Positions 32,637 through 64,000 of a DNA stretch of 64,000 nucleotides are shown here, one piece after another. Positions within the stretch are counted from its first letter, which is position 1; each line of letters opens with the position of its first letter. The notes below the pieces were generated by a model. That model saw only the letters and a program-made list of their open reading frames with translations, had not been told where the DNA came from and made no database searches. The stretch is from the human T2T-CHM13v2.0 reference genome, Homo sapiens, in assembly GCF_009914755.1 (NCBI RefSeq), contig NC_060939.1; one strand, 5' to 3'. Position numbers and translations under genes: made by a program.

Positions 32637-33447
32637 TAGTACACAGCCATGTGTGTTCTCTAAAAGCCTGTTTAATGTGAAGCGACGCGTCTCACTGAAT
32701 TAGAAGGATGCAGTTGTGTGAATGCTTCCTACACCTCGTCACACTGACATCCAAGTCAGCCCCCAGTGGTGTGCCAGTCACCTCTGAGAGGACACTAGTG
32801 CTTATGCCCCCTGTGAGTGCCAGTTCTGAACTTACTCATAGGATCCAAAAGGGGACCTTTGGGCCCAGGGGTTGCTGGTTCCCGTAATGCAAGTGCTCAA
32901 GGGATCAGAGCCCTGGGTGCCAGTTCCAGATCTGCCACCACGTCATGCTGTGTGGTCTCTAGCAGGCCACCAATAGCCTCTTTGTGAATCAGGTTCCTCC
33001 ACCAAGGAAGGAACATGTTATCTGACAAACATGTCTAAAGATAAAATTTAAGACTAGTGTTTAAATGTTTTAGAGAAATGAGCATGCAGCTAGAATGTTA
33101 TTATTGTTAGTCATTGATAGAACCTGCCTGAGTGCATCATTATCAGACGTTCCCGGAGTCACGTTAGGCCTGTGCTGTGGCACTTCTAATCATGAGCTTC
33201 ATCATCATTACAGCTTTAGAAATCATTGACCTGGGGGAAATGAGAACAACAAAGCATTTTGTTATAGGAAATATTGAGAGCACAGAAGTCTTCTGCCCTC
33301 TGATAACATCACCACGTAATAGGACACAACAGACAGGCCCGGTTCAGTGTTCTTCCTGCTTCCAGACAGGCAGTGTGGGGGTCTTCCCAAGGATGATGGA
33401 AATGATGAGCAGGATGAGATAGTTCAAGTTCTCTCTTTACCTAGTCG

Positions 33448-37058
<3,611 letters not shown>

Positions 37059-38452
37059 AAGATGGGATTCTTTTTTAAGCCCTACCAGCTAAAGCCAGTG
37101 CACTGTGTGACTTTGTGTTACCCTTGGAGCAGCCTCTTTTTGCTCCACTCTCCTTTCCACCGACCCAGTCTGCTCCCCGGATTGAGAGTCCCTGTGCAGT
37201 GAAAGAATAAATGTGGCTCTCTGCCAGCAACCTCACCTCCCCACCCTACCCTCAGAGTTTCACATCTTCAGAACAACACACAATGAACCAGTTGTGTTCT
37301 GGGCTCTCTGAGTGGGAGTAAATGGATGGCCCAGGTGAAATGGAGGCTGCTGTTGGCCGATTCATTCTGTAAATCAACATAAACAGCAGGTTTTCTCTCT
37401 GGGCTTAATTTCTCAGCAGGAAATCAGCATAGGGAAACTTCAGGCTGCATCTCTGCCAGTCTAGCAGATCTCTGCCAGTTCTGCAGTAAAACTGCCTTGG
37501 AGCCAGAGTTTAAGTCATGGAGCTCCATCAGAATGTCATTACCCACAGGCTGTGGCCCTATACCCTCAATTCAGACGGGAGGCTACTTGTATGCCCTGGT
37601 GCCGTGGAATTAGTGTGGGGCCTGACATTAGCCGGTTACAGAGCAGCAGGAAAGGCTTCTGCGGGTAATGCTGCCCACAGCCATCACTGTAAACATGCCG
37701 GCCCCATGGTTTTGTTTGTTTTTATTTCATTTAAGGGTGGGAAGGGAGCTGTTATCTTAAGGTCTGCAAGGAAAGTGAGATGCTGGAAGGACTTGGTAAT
37801 CGGCTCTGGCGGCTTCTTCCTTGGCTTTAGAAGGCAGCGAGTGGGAGGGAGAGCTGGCAGATCTCTGGGTGTAGGCAGGTGAGCCAGGGAGCTGCTGGAC
37901 ACGGTCCTAACAGAAGGCCGCATCTGCAGCCTTCCTGGGGCTTCCTGGGGCTGGCCAGGAAGACGCCCAGCTTTGCCACTCCTGGCCACCCAGCTCCACC
38001 CCATGCATGCTCACCCCACAGCTGCCTTGCTCTGGACTGTGCAAGTCCAGTCATTCCGGGGTGCCTGTCAGCAAGGAGCTGGGGCCTTACAGCAAGGTGT
38101 TTCACTTCTTTTATTTGGTCAGAATAGATGAGGACATGTGGACCTCAGCTCCTCTTGCAGGCTCTGGTTGTAGGCTGCCGAAGGTGTGGGTGGAGAGAGG
38201 GGCGGTGGGTTGGTCACAAGTCAGAAAATTAAGAAACAGTCCTGCACATTTCAGAAAGACAAATCCAGAACAAATTTATATGAAGGGCCGCGGTCCTTTA
38301 TTCCATAAGTAGTAAAGGAAACTTACCTTACCTAGGGGGCTCGTAGGCAGAAAATGCACAAGGACACATTAGGCCCAGGGAAGTGGTATTGTAGCTCTGT
38401 GCAGGTTGAGAGGAAGAAGGTCATTCATTTTTGGTTTCATTTAACATTTTGA

Positions 38453-38653
<201 letters not shown>

Positions 38654-38775
38654 CAACCGAATCTCAATGTACATAGACCCTCTTTCTTGTTTGTCAGCAT
38701 CTGACCATCTGTGACTATAAAGCTGTTATTCTTGTTATACCATTTGAAGTTTTTACTCGTCTCTATTAATATTTA

Positions 38776-38816
38776 AATAAATGCTGGGGGGTGATAGTTC
38801 TTCTTTTTAAAATAAA
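38776..38816 (+). terminator. Proximal BLM polyadenylation signals (AATAAA 38776-38781 and 38811-38816)
   Basis: Two canonical hexamers 120-160 nt after the stop, followed by GU/U-rich sequence (~38837-38875). Confidence 0.8.
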
Positions 38817-39171
38817 CATTTTCTTTTGAATAAGCATGTTTTGCTGCCGCTGCAAGTGTTGTGGCCGTTGTTTCTCAGAACGTCTGAGGCAGCAGCTGAA
38901 TCATCTCAGTGCAAGAGCTTCTGAGCATAACACGAAACCCAGAAGCCAAAGGAAGAGCCACGCGTGGGCCCTTGTGAAACTAAAGCTTTTCGTGTAAGAC
39001 AACACAAACAAAATTTAAAGACAAATGACGGGGAAAAGAGGAGAAAATATATTACAAAGGATTAGTATCCATCATACCAAATACCCGTGAACCAGTCAGA
39101 AACATCCCAGGGGGCAGGTGGACCAAGGATGTGAACAGGCTAGTCTCAGAAGAAGAAATACACATGCTCAT

Positions 39172-39598
<427 letters not shown>

Positions 39599-42581
39599 TC
39601 AGCGAGAAAGATTGGCAGATTGTTTGGGTGGACGTGTGTGGCAGTTGCTGTAGTCCTTTGGTATTGTGGTGGCCTCGTTTTTCAGGATGCTCCATAATGG
39701 GCCAATTGGCCCCAGCATCTTTGGTAGGATTTTGGCCTCTCTTGCCTGAACTCCAGTGGCCCCATTTTCGGAGACATGCGTTTCTCAGCTGTAGGTCACC
39801 TTTGTCTGGGTGCCACACAGCGAGGAAGTGGCATAAGACAAAACACACACCTCGGCCTGCCCTTTGTGTGGTGTTACCTGTGACGTTACTCAGGAGGGTG
39901 TAGCTGGGGAGACCCTGCCTGTGCCAAAGCCAAAGGTGTGAAGAGGGGGTTGATGGGAAGCCGTGTGGCCTCTGCCTGGGGACTCAGTCCTGAGAGGGAC
40001 CCTGCACCCACCCTGAGGACCCACCCTTGTGGTAGCACACTGACTTCCTGCCTCCTCGGCTGCCTGTGAGCCCCAACTGCCGCCTGTGGGCTTTTGGCTC
40101 CGTGTTTAATGGGGGGGACTGGCCAGGCGAGTTTGCTGAGGGCTGAGTGCCATTAGCACGGATGCGTTCCGGATCTGACATTTTCAGAGGTCATCCTTCT
40201 GGCCAGAAGAACCTTCTCTGTGCATGAGAAGTGGAAAGGAGACAAAGTAGCCAGAAGTTGATACCCCTGGGGTAATGTCCCCAGCATGAGGCCACCTTGG
40301 AGAGTTGCTGATCCAGCCAAGGCATCTGGCAGGAGGCATGTCCGTTCCACCTGCTGCAGCAGCTCTGGCCTTGGTGGTGGGGGTGGACTCTGGCACAGAC
40401 AGGTCACTGCTGGGCTCTGACCTCATCCACTCGTTCCTTCTGGAGATGGAGCTTATCCCTCAGGGTCGCAGGCTGTGCCTCCAGGAGCTCCCAGGGCTGT
40501 GGGGGAACAGATGAAAATAACGTGCATGGGGCCTGAAGGTGGAGAGCAGAGCCATGTGGGGCCCACACTACCTACAGCCCTTCCCCATGTCCTGGGAAGA
40601 TGATAGGTTGACCCACCCCTGCCTCCCAGCAAGGAACCTGAGGCCTAGAGACCTCTGATTTGCCTAAGCTCAAATGACCACAGGTGGCAGAGCCAGGCCC
40701 CACACCCAACTCTTGAAAACATTCTAGGTTGGAACAGGCTCTGCTCAGTTTCTCAGGACCCGGGAGCAGGCACAGAAAATGCAAGCGGCCTCCTTCCTCC
40801 AGCTCATCTTCCAGTCCTCTCAGACCCCCAGGGAAGCTCTGCATTCGCCCAGCGCAACCCCAGGAGGGCAGGAGCAGGCAAACTTTCCCTGAACTGATGC
40901 CAAGGCTTTGAAGCCAAAGACCGGTCCATGATACAGCAAAGCTGCTCTGGGCTGGGCCCTGCTGGTGGCCCTCCATGGCACAAATCGCCACCACCTGGGA
41001 TAGGAGAGGGCACAAGTCCACCAAGGAGTGCCAGCCTGGGACCCATCACGGGCCCATCCTCCCCTAGGTACACGAAGGCCTGACTCTCCCACACTCACTT
41101 GCCATCCTTCTGGAGGGCACAGGCAGGATTGGAATCTGGCTCTGTAGCTGCACATATACCCTGCTGAGGCCCTCACACTACAGAACGCTGGCAGGCAGGC
41201 CCTTGCTCACCTCCAGGGACAGAGAACCCACTACTCTCAGAGGAAAAGAACAAGCACGGAGAGCCCCTCACCCCACCGGCTCCATGCCAAGGGCTGTTTT
41301 GGGAACTCAGGTAATTCACTTCTTCCATCCCTCCCGCAGCCCTGGGAGGCAGGCACATGATGTTGGCCTTTTTTATGCAGAAACCAGAATTCAGAGAGGT
41401 TATGTAACTTGCCCAAATCCACGCAGCTGGGAGGTGGTAGTAAGTAGGGTAACACACATCTCGATTTGCCCTGGAGTCCCAGTTTACATCCATTGTCCTG
41501 GTGTGATAATTAACACAGTTTATTTTCATTCTCAAAAGTGCTCCAGTTCAGACAACAAGTTCAGTGGCATCAAGAATCTGAGCTCTTTCCCTGAACTATC
41601 CAACCTCTTCTCCCAACCCCGCTTTCCACCCAGAGCCTCAGGGGCCACCTGCTGTCACCTGTTCGAAACTCCCAGCCTCTGCTGCAGGCTCCAGGGACAG
41701 AGGCTGCAGAATTATCAGCCAGCATCGCTGAGCTGTGGCTTTTCTCCAGAAGAGGAAGCGGAGGCTGTGGTCCAAGCCTTCTCGCTCTTCTTGAGAAACT
41801 GCTGCTTCTCCCACTCCTGCAGCCGTCTGGAACTGCTCTGAGGCCCCGAGGCCCACCCTGTCCTTTGGAGGCTCCCAGAGTCCCAGCCCGGCTCTTTCTC
41901 TGGCTGGGAGCTGCTGCCTGGGTGGGGAGCAGCAGGCAGCAGCTGTCAACCTCCCCCAGCCTGGGACCCGCCGCTGGCAGAGGCCTCTGGGCAGAGACAA
42001 TGGGCGATGGGTCTTCTGTGGCAGCTGGGGAGGAATCCCCAGGGGCTCCAGCAGCCACTTCTCCCTCCGTGCAGCTGCCACAGCCCCGTGTGTCCTCAAA
42101 GCCAGGGCTCAGAGAAGCCAGCTGGTGGGGCGCACCCAGGGGACCCGAGCCTGGCCCAGACCCTGCTAGGTGCTCCAGTTCATGAGTGCAGCAACCACTA
42201 GGAGGCAGGGGCTCAACTCTGCAGCTGTGCAGGGCAGACCCAGGACTTCGGGGACAAGCCCTCGGCATGCAGTAGGCTCCTGCTTTCCAAAACGCACTCA
42301 CTCTGCTTCTCGGAAAGGCTTCTCGGCTGGCCCACGCTCCCTGTTGGCAGGAGACGAAGGAGGAAGGGAGAAAACCCTCCCTGGTTGGGGTGGGCTGTGT
42401 ACCCTGCCCCACAGGGTCACCACTGGGAAGAAGGACAGGACAAGAAGGTAGACAGAAGCCCGAAGTAGAGTCCAGAAAGCCCCAGCCATGGTGAGGCGTC
42501 CCCGCACAGGCCTGAGGCTGTCCCTGCAGCTAGCCAAGGTCAAGGTCGAGGTTTTGGCATCGCCACACCTCAACTGTGTGG

Positions 42582-43001
42582 TTCCACGGCCCCACAGAGG
42601 GTTCGGTGACGCCTGGGAAGGTGCCGGGTTCCACGGCCCCACAGAGGGTTCGGTGACGCCTGGGAAGGTGCCGGGTTCCACGGCCCCACAGAGGGTTCGG
42701 TGACGCCTGGGAAGGTGCCGGGATCCACGGCCCCACAGAGGGTTCGGTGACGCCTGGGAAGGTGCCGGGATCCACGGCCCCACAGAGGGTTCGGTGACGC
42801 CTGGGAAGGTGCCGGGTTCCACGGCCCCACAGAGGGTTCGGTGACGCCTGGGAAGGTGCCGGGATCCACGGCCCCACAGAGGGTTCGGTGACGCCTGGGA
42901 AGGTGCCGGGTTCCACGGCCCCACAGAGGGTTCGGTGACGCCTGGGAAGGTGCCGGGATCCACGGCCCCACAGAGGGTTCGGTGACGCCTGGGAAGGTGC
43001 C
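42582..43001. repeat. 47-bp minisatellite (VNTR), ~9 copies: [T/A]TCCACGGCCCCACAGAGGGTTCGGTGACGCCTGGGAAGGTGCCGGG
   Basis: Units start at 42582, 42629, 42676, 42723, 42770, 42817, 42864, 42911 and 42958; identical except for the first base. Confidence 0.97.
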
Positions 43002-44693
43002 AGGATGGCACTCTGATGGTCTCTAGGCTCAGATCTATTCAGGATGTGGGAGTTCACCCCAGAGAGCCTGTCTGTCCCCATGGGTCCCACACACAGGGCC
43101 TGTCACACACACAGGCCACAGGCATCTGCCTGTCCTGGCCCCATCTACTCAGTCCCTGCCAGGAGCCACAAGGCCCCATGAAGGTCAGGCCCTGGCACTA
43201 TGCCTGGGCCAGGAGTGGAGCAGAGAGCTCAGGTCCCTGCTTCCTGTAGGGAAGACTTTCCTTGGTAGGATAGAACCTGGAGCAGGGACTCTTGGGGTGG
43301 GAGGTGGCAATGGTGCCCCGGGAACTGCTGATGCGGAGTAAGGGTCTGAAGAGCCACCACTACCAGATCTGAAACCCCCGCCTAGAAGGAAGGACATCAG
43401 AGACACTGAGAGACTCCTGGACTTCTGCCCAGAGCCCTGCTCGGGCTCAGAGAGGGGTGGCCCCCTGCGCTGTGGCCCCCACCACTGTGGGAGCGTTGAG
43501 ACGCTGTGACAGGGAGGCAGTTAACACTGCTAACCTCAAAGATGAACTCAGCAGTCAGCACCAGGGAGATCGGAGGTCAGCCCACGCCAGCCCCACCACA
43601 GACACCCGCCTGCATGGCTGGATGTGCATATGAGGACAGAGACCCGTGCGGCCACCGTCGCCACCAGGTCCCTTGCACCCAGTGAGAGCCAGTCTGGAAT
43701 GGGCGGGACCTGGCCCCTTCCTCAGCCATGGAGTGCCCTTGGCAAGTTCTGTGGCCTCTCAGAGTCCCAGTGTCTCATCTGCACCATCAACATGCCACTT
43801 GGTCCTGGCCTCCGGGGCTGCTGCAGCATCCTTTTGGTCAGATATTCCACAAACATTTCTTAACCAGAGCAGAGCTCCAGGCATGGTTCAGCCTTCAACC
43901 AGGGCACAGGCAGGGAGGGAAACGCCCCGGGGGAAGGAGAGAGCAGTGTTGGAGTAAGTGGGGTGAGGGTGAAGACCCCAGGGCACCTGGGCCAGCAGGA
44001 GTTGGGGAGGGTGCCCAGGAGGCTGAAACGGCCAAGTGACCTCCAGGCTGACCATCCCAGTGTCCAGCCACCCCCGCTGAAGCCACCCTGTGCTCTCCTT
44101 TGTGGTCCCTCCTCACCTAGGAAGAGCAGAAAGGACACAGCACCCACCCGCGGGACCCCTTTCCTGAGCAGAAAGTGCCCTGTGCCAGCCTGGCCACCGC
44201 CTCACTGTGAGGATATGCACACTCTAGGCTGGGCCACCTGGCTGTATGAGCCCCAGCCCAGCGAGCGGCACAATGGGGATGACCCCAGCACACCTGCCAG
44301 GACCCCTGCCCCACAGGGCCTGCCACTCCCTCCACAGGCCTCAGCTTAGGGTCTGCACCTTTGCCCCAGATCTGGGTTCCAGCCCCAGGGATTTGGCACA
44401 CAGCCGGTGCCTAATAACAGCTTGTTGGATGGATAGATGAGCGGATGGGCGGGTGAGTGGGTGAAGGGGCGCTGCGAAGACATCTGTCTCATTGCCTTCT
44501 CATGGGAGGATAAGATAGGAGGAGGAGACGGGGCCTCAGGCTGGCAGGGCCTTAAAATCCTGCAGCCCCACGGCCAGCACCAGGCAGTGGGGACGGAGCC
44601 CCAGGTCACTGAAGGCTCCCTTGTTACTTCTGCTGGCTTCATCTGGACAAACAGAAGCCGCTTTCCAGCTGGCTTCAGCAGTTTTCACTTAGA

Positions 44694-47144
<2,451 letters not shown>

Positions 47145-47288
47145 TAGACTATTGAATGGCCCTGGAGTCAGATTGCTTGGGGTCAAAGGCCACTTTTACC
47201 ACCTGCTGTGTGACCTTCAGCCCTTGAGCAAGTTATTTAACTTCTCTGTGCCTCAGGGAGCTCATAACAGCACTATACTGTGGGGTGG

Positions 47289-48042
47289 TGCCAGATCTGT
47301 CTCATAGACCCTGGCCAACGGATGAAATGAGTTCTCAGACACAGGCATACAGCATAAGAGCAGCTGGGTGACTGCCTGGCTCAAGTGGCCAGAGAGCAGC
47401 CCCAAGAAGCTGGAGCTGCTTGCTTTTATTCAGTGCAGGCACAATGTGGAAAACCTGGAGCCGACACGACCTGCAGGTAACTGACAATTACTGTGGCCAG
47501 GCACGGTGGCTCACGCCTCTAATCCCAGCACTTTGGAAGGTCAAGGCAGGTGGATCATGAGGTCAGGAATTCAAGACCAGCCTGGCCAAGATGGTGAAAC
47601 CCCGTCTCTACCAAAAATACAAAAATTAGCTGGGAGTGGTGGCACGCACCTGTAATCCCAGCTACTCGGGAGGCTGAGGCAGGAGAATTGCTTGAATCCT
47701 GCCGGGGTAGAGGTTGCAGTGAGCAGAGACAGTGATACTGCACTTAAGCCTGGGTGACAGAGTGAGACTCTATCTCAAAAAAAAAAAAAGGTATTGTTCC
47801 CCTTTCAGGGAACCTCACACCCGCATGATCAAAGGTCAGTTCCTGGACAACATAAACAAACAAGCCTTTTAAGATAAATTCCCCCACACTCCCTTGTACC
47901 TACTCCTTGCCCTCTGCCTCAGGGTTATAGAACAGCTGCCTTCAGTTATTCTCCCCCAGGGCTCTGCAAAACCTTCTGACCTTTCGGAAGGTTTGCATCC
48001 TTTCCCTATAGTTTTTCCCACCACTCTGACAGATCCCCCACA
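47289..48042 (-). mobile_element. LTR22-like (HERV-K HML-5) solo LTR with an Alu inserted (47495-47788)
   Basis: Reverse complement starts tgtgggggatctgtcagagtggtgggaaaaactatagggaaagg; TG..CA ends; near-perfect TSD gggtgg/gggtcg. Confidence 0.7.
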
Positions 48043-48902
48043 GGGTCGACTGGGGGATTATGAAGACTAATAGGATAATGCCTGCTCAGCCCATAACGGA
48101 GTGTCTGGATCTCAGTGAAGGTTATTGTACTGTAATACGTAGACACTATATGTACTCATTGTTTGCCGCATATATTTGTGCAGAAGTTGATTGGTGAATA
48201 AACAGGACATCGTTTTCACTCAGTGGGTCTCAGCCATTCTCAAACTAATCCTTTTATGGAATCAGTCTCAAAAAAAGAAGCCTTCTTCAGGCATGGCTAC
48301 ACCCAGCTATCCAATCATAATGTAAGCATCCAGGTTTTGGAGCTCTAGAAATTGGCAGAACAGGTAGACAACACCTCATAATATAGGTCTCAATCCAGGC
48401 TCTAGGAACCCCTGGAAAATCCTGAAATAGATGTCAGAGGGTATCTAAACCCCTCAAGTGCATGTATTATTCTTGTGTGTCTCTGCAGATTTCTGGGAAA
48501 GGGACCACCATCTTTCTCAGGTTGTCAAAGGAGCCAGCAACCCCCGAAAGTTGTAAGATTCTGCCTCAGGGAAGATGATGCAGGCCTCAGCAGGTGCCCT
48601 CAACAGCACAGACACTCCCAGGGACACCCCGGGCACCCCAGGCACCAAAGCACTGGGGCAAAGATGAGAGTGGCTCACTCCACATCTCCTTTGCTGAGAG
48701 CCAAGCCCTCTCCAAAGCCAAGAGAAAACAACAAAATCGGACGGCAGTGCACACTCAGAAGCATGAAACCCTGGCGAGGAAGCATCATTACAATTAGCCG
48801 TGACGACAGGCTGCCTATGATCTTAGGACGCACAGTGGTTCTGCGTCATCACAGACAGCAAGGGGTTCAGGAGGCGGCCGGTCGGCAGCGGACAGGACAT
48901 GG

Positions 48903-50394
48903 TGAGAGGTGACAGCGTGCTGGCAGCCCTTGCAGCCCTCGCTCGCTCTCGGTGCCTCCTCGGCCTTGGCGCCCACTCTGGCCGTGCTTGAGGAGCCCTT
49001 CAGCCCACCGCTGCACTGTGGGAGCCCCTTTCTGGGCTGGCCAAGGCCGGAGCCGGCTCCCTCAGCTTGCTGGGAGGTGTGGAGGGAGAGGTGCGGGCTG
49101 CGCGCGGCGCTTGCGGGCCAACGCAAGTTCCTGGTGGGCGTGGACTCGGCTGGCCCAGCACTCGGAGAGGCCGGCCGGCCAGCCCGCAAGCCCGGGGCAG
49201 TGAGGGGCTTAGCACCTGGGCCAGCATTTGCTGTGCTCGATTTCTCGCCAGGCCTTAGCTGCTTCCCCGCAGGGCAGGGCTTGGGACCTGCAGCCTGCCA
49301 TGCCTGAGCCTCCTCCCCCTCCCCACCGTGGGCTCCTGCGAGGCCCGAGCCTCCCAGACGAGCGCTGCTCCCTGCTCCATGGCGCCCAGTCCCATTGACC
49401 GCCCAAGGGCTGAGGAGTGTGGGCGTACAGCGCGGGACTGGCAAGCAGCTCCACCTGAGGCGCCGTGCGGGATCCACTGGGTGAAGCCAGCTGGGCTCCT
49501 GAGTCTGGTGGGGACTTGGAGAATCTTTATGTCTAGCTAAGGGGTTGTAAATGCACCAATCAGCACTCTGTATGTAGCTGAAGGTTTGTAAACACACCAA
49601 TCGGCAACCTCTGCCTAGCTCAGGGTTTGTGAATGCACCAGTCGGCACTCTGTATCTAGTTAATCTGGTGGGGACTTGGAGAATCTTTATGTCTAGCTAA
49701 GGGATTGTGAATGCACCAATTGGCACTCTGTATCTAGCTCAAGGTTTGTAAATGCACCAATCAGCACTCTATATCTAGCTCAGGGTTTGTAAATACACCA
49801 ATGGACACTCTGTATCTAGCTAATCTAGTGGGGACGTGGAGAACTTTTGTGTCTAGCTCAGGGATTGTAAACGCACCAATCAGCACCCTGTCAAAACGGA
49901 CCAATCAGCTCTCTGTAAAATGGACCAATCAGCAGGATGCGGGTGGGGCCAGATAAAAGAATAAAAGCGGGCTGCCGAAGCCAGCCGTGGTTGCCTTACA
50001 CACTATGCAAGCTTTGCTGTTTGCAGTAAAACTGGCTGTTGCTTGCTCTTTGGGTCCACACTGACTTTATGAGCTGTAGCACTCACCATGAAGGTTTGTA
50101 GCTTTACTCTTGAAGCCAGTGAGATTAAAAACCCACCGGGAGGAACAAACAACTCCAGTACGCGCCGCCTTAGGAGCTGTAACACTCACCGCGAAGGTCT
50201 GCAGCTTCACTCCTGAGCCAGCCGCACCACGAACCTATCAGAAGGAAGAAACTCCGAACACATCCGAACGTCAGGAACAAACTCCGGCCACGCCGCCTTT
50301 AAGAACTGTAGAACTCGCTACAGCACTCACCGTGAAGGTCTGCGATTTCATTCTTGAAGTCAGTGAGACCAAGAACCCACCAAGTCCGGACACA
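48903..50394 (+). mobile_element. LTR12-family (ERV9) solo LTR, ~1.5 kb
   Basis: Starts TGAGAGGTGACAGCGTGCTGGCAG, ends CCGGACACA, 4-bp TSD ATGG; tandem gcaccaatcagcactctg U3 repeats and gaaggtctgc U5 repeats. Confidence 0.95.
49550..49970 (+). promoter_or_regulatory. ERV9 LTR U3 enhancer/promoter: multiple CCAAT (NF-Y) boxes, GT/GC box 49941-49948, AGATAA 49951-49956, AATAAAA TATA-equivalent 49960-49966
   Basis: Motifs read directly; arrangement matches the known ERV9 LTR promoter. Activity not shown. Confidence 0.65.
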
Positions 50395-51142
50395 ATGGGA
50401 CCTGTATGCAGTCTATGGGGCAGTTCAGACCAAAGGGCTGGGCGTGGCACCACAGCTGCCCCGAGCCCTTGGCCTCTCTGAGCTTTTCTCTCTCACCTGA
50501 GAAATGGGATTTCAAGGAAAATGAGTAGCGGTAACTTAGCCACCTTACTCCACGGTTACTGTGAAGCGCCCAGAAGAGAAGCCATGGATGTGGGCGACGC
50601 ATTCGAGGTTAGCTTCAGAAGCAGCGGGCGCTGGGTAGCCACATTGACACCCGGTACTAGCGCTTCCTCCTGGGGGTTCCTGGGTCCAAGGGGGTTGTGG
50701 CAGTCCTTGCCACAGAGATGCAGAGTCTGCAATGTCCAAATGTGCTTCGTGTGCAGTGGGAGCCTGGCAAGCTGTAACCCTTGTCGTGATTCACGCGTCC
50801 CAGGGACACTTGGGGGCCGCTGTGGGCAACCCCCCACACCCCGCTTTTGGTCAGGGCTGTGCCAGCAGAAGGCTGGGGCTGGACAATAGAGGGGATGTTG
50901 GGGCCGGGTGGGAGGCGGGAAAGGAGAAGGAGGGAAATTTAGCAAGGAAAGAGCAGAAACGTCCCAGAGAAATTAAATTTCAGTTTTGTGGTGAACAGCT
51001 GGATCCTTTTTCCCATATCCTCACCAAAAAATTCCAGTACAATCTTTGTCACCTTGTGTCATGGATCTATTTTGAGCTCTCTCGCGGTTCCTGAGCTCCT
51101 GTGTTTAGAGTGCACCAGGCTCTGCCTTCCGGGTTCAAGTCA

Positions 51143-53757
<2,615 letters not shown>

Positions 53758-53944
53758 CTAACCGAGCAAGATGAAAAAAACTTGCAACGCCTCCCTACAC
53801 GCAAGTGCCAGGAAAGGGAAGGAAATCACACGGGGGCACAGCTGAAAGCCAGCAGAGCCAAGGACCTGAGTGGCTTTCTTGGAACTGATAGCTTCGCGCT
53901 AGACAAAAGTGAATGAGAATATGAACCAGGTATAAAAAGCACGA

Positions 53945-57490
<3,546 letters not shown>

Positions 57491-57599
57491 TTTTTTTTTT
57501 TTCTGTTAAACTCAAGTAAAATAGAATATATTTAGTTTAAAATAGAACTGGTACGGTGCAATCTAATCTAAAATTGTTTGGACTTACCTTTCTCTGAAC

Positions 57600-58510
<911 letters not shown>

Positions 58511-58670
58511 CTTCCTATCCCTCTTCATCTCTCCAAACTTCTCTGTGTAGGTGGCATTCCCCAAGGTTAACACGAATAACGGGCTATAGTAAGCATGTAC
58601 TGAGCACCAGAAGTTTTAGGTGCAGCAGAGAACAGAGCCGATGAAACCCCTGCCTTCATGAAGATATCAT

Positions 58671-64000
<5,330 letters not shown>

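Noticed and set aside
41570-42412. 280-aa minus-strand ORF and neighbouring long ORFs
   Set aside because: GC-rich, stop-poor DNA with overlapping ORFs on both strands and no recognisable domain.
42582-43001. Regularly spaced repeats resembling a CRISPR array
   Set aside because: Units are contiguous with no unique spacers, there are no cas genes, and the DNA is human; it is a minisatellite.
42298-43090. Three overlapping minus-strand ORFs (133-237 aa) with 47-aa periodicity
   Set aside because: A 47-bp unit with no minus-strand stop opens all three frames automatically; no splice or homology support.
48815-49648. 277-aa minus-strand ORF
   Set aside because: Lies in the GC-rich U3 of the LTR12 solo LTR; no gag, pol or env is present.

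Overview
Human genomic DNA (15q26.1) carrying the 3' half of the BLM (Bloom syndrome RecQ helicase) gene on the + strand. Ten coding exons (13-22 by recalled RefSeq numbering, 5139-38653) splice in frame through GT-AG introns. They encode helicase domain 2, the RQC zinc-binding and winged-helix subdomains, HRDC, the bipartite NLS and the C-terminus. The 3' UTR has proximal (38776, 38811) and distal (39519) AATAAA signals. The remaining ~24 kb is intergenic (toward FURIN by recalled gene order) and holds a 47-bp VNTR, a solo LTR22 and a solo LTR12 (ERV9) back to back, and GC-rich candidate regulatory DNA. The window is very Alu-dense, and almost all non-BLM ORFs in the track are Alu, LTR or GC-rich artefacts. 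No prokaryote-type system or new protein-coding gene is supported. The most unusual structures are local inverted templated copies inside BLM introns: (i) a perfect 40-bp inverted copy bracketing exon 14, and (ii) a direct-inverted-direct rearrangement in intron 19 that makes two overlapping, partly competing long hairpins. There is also a candidate poly-T-driven poison exon in intron 14 and several Alus whose deletions face nearby inverted Alus. Repeat family names and boundaries were assigned by eye and need RepeatMasker confirmation.
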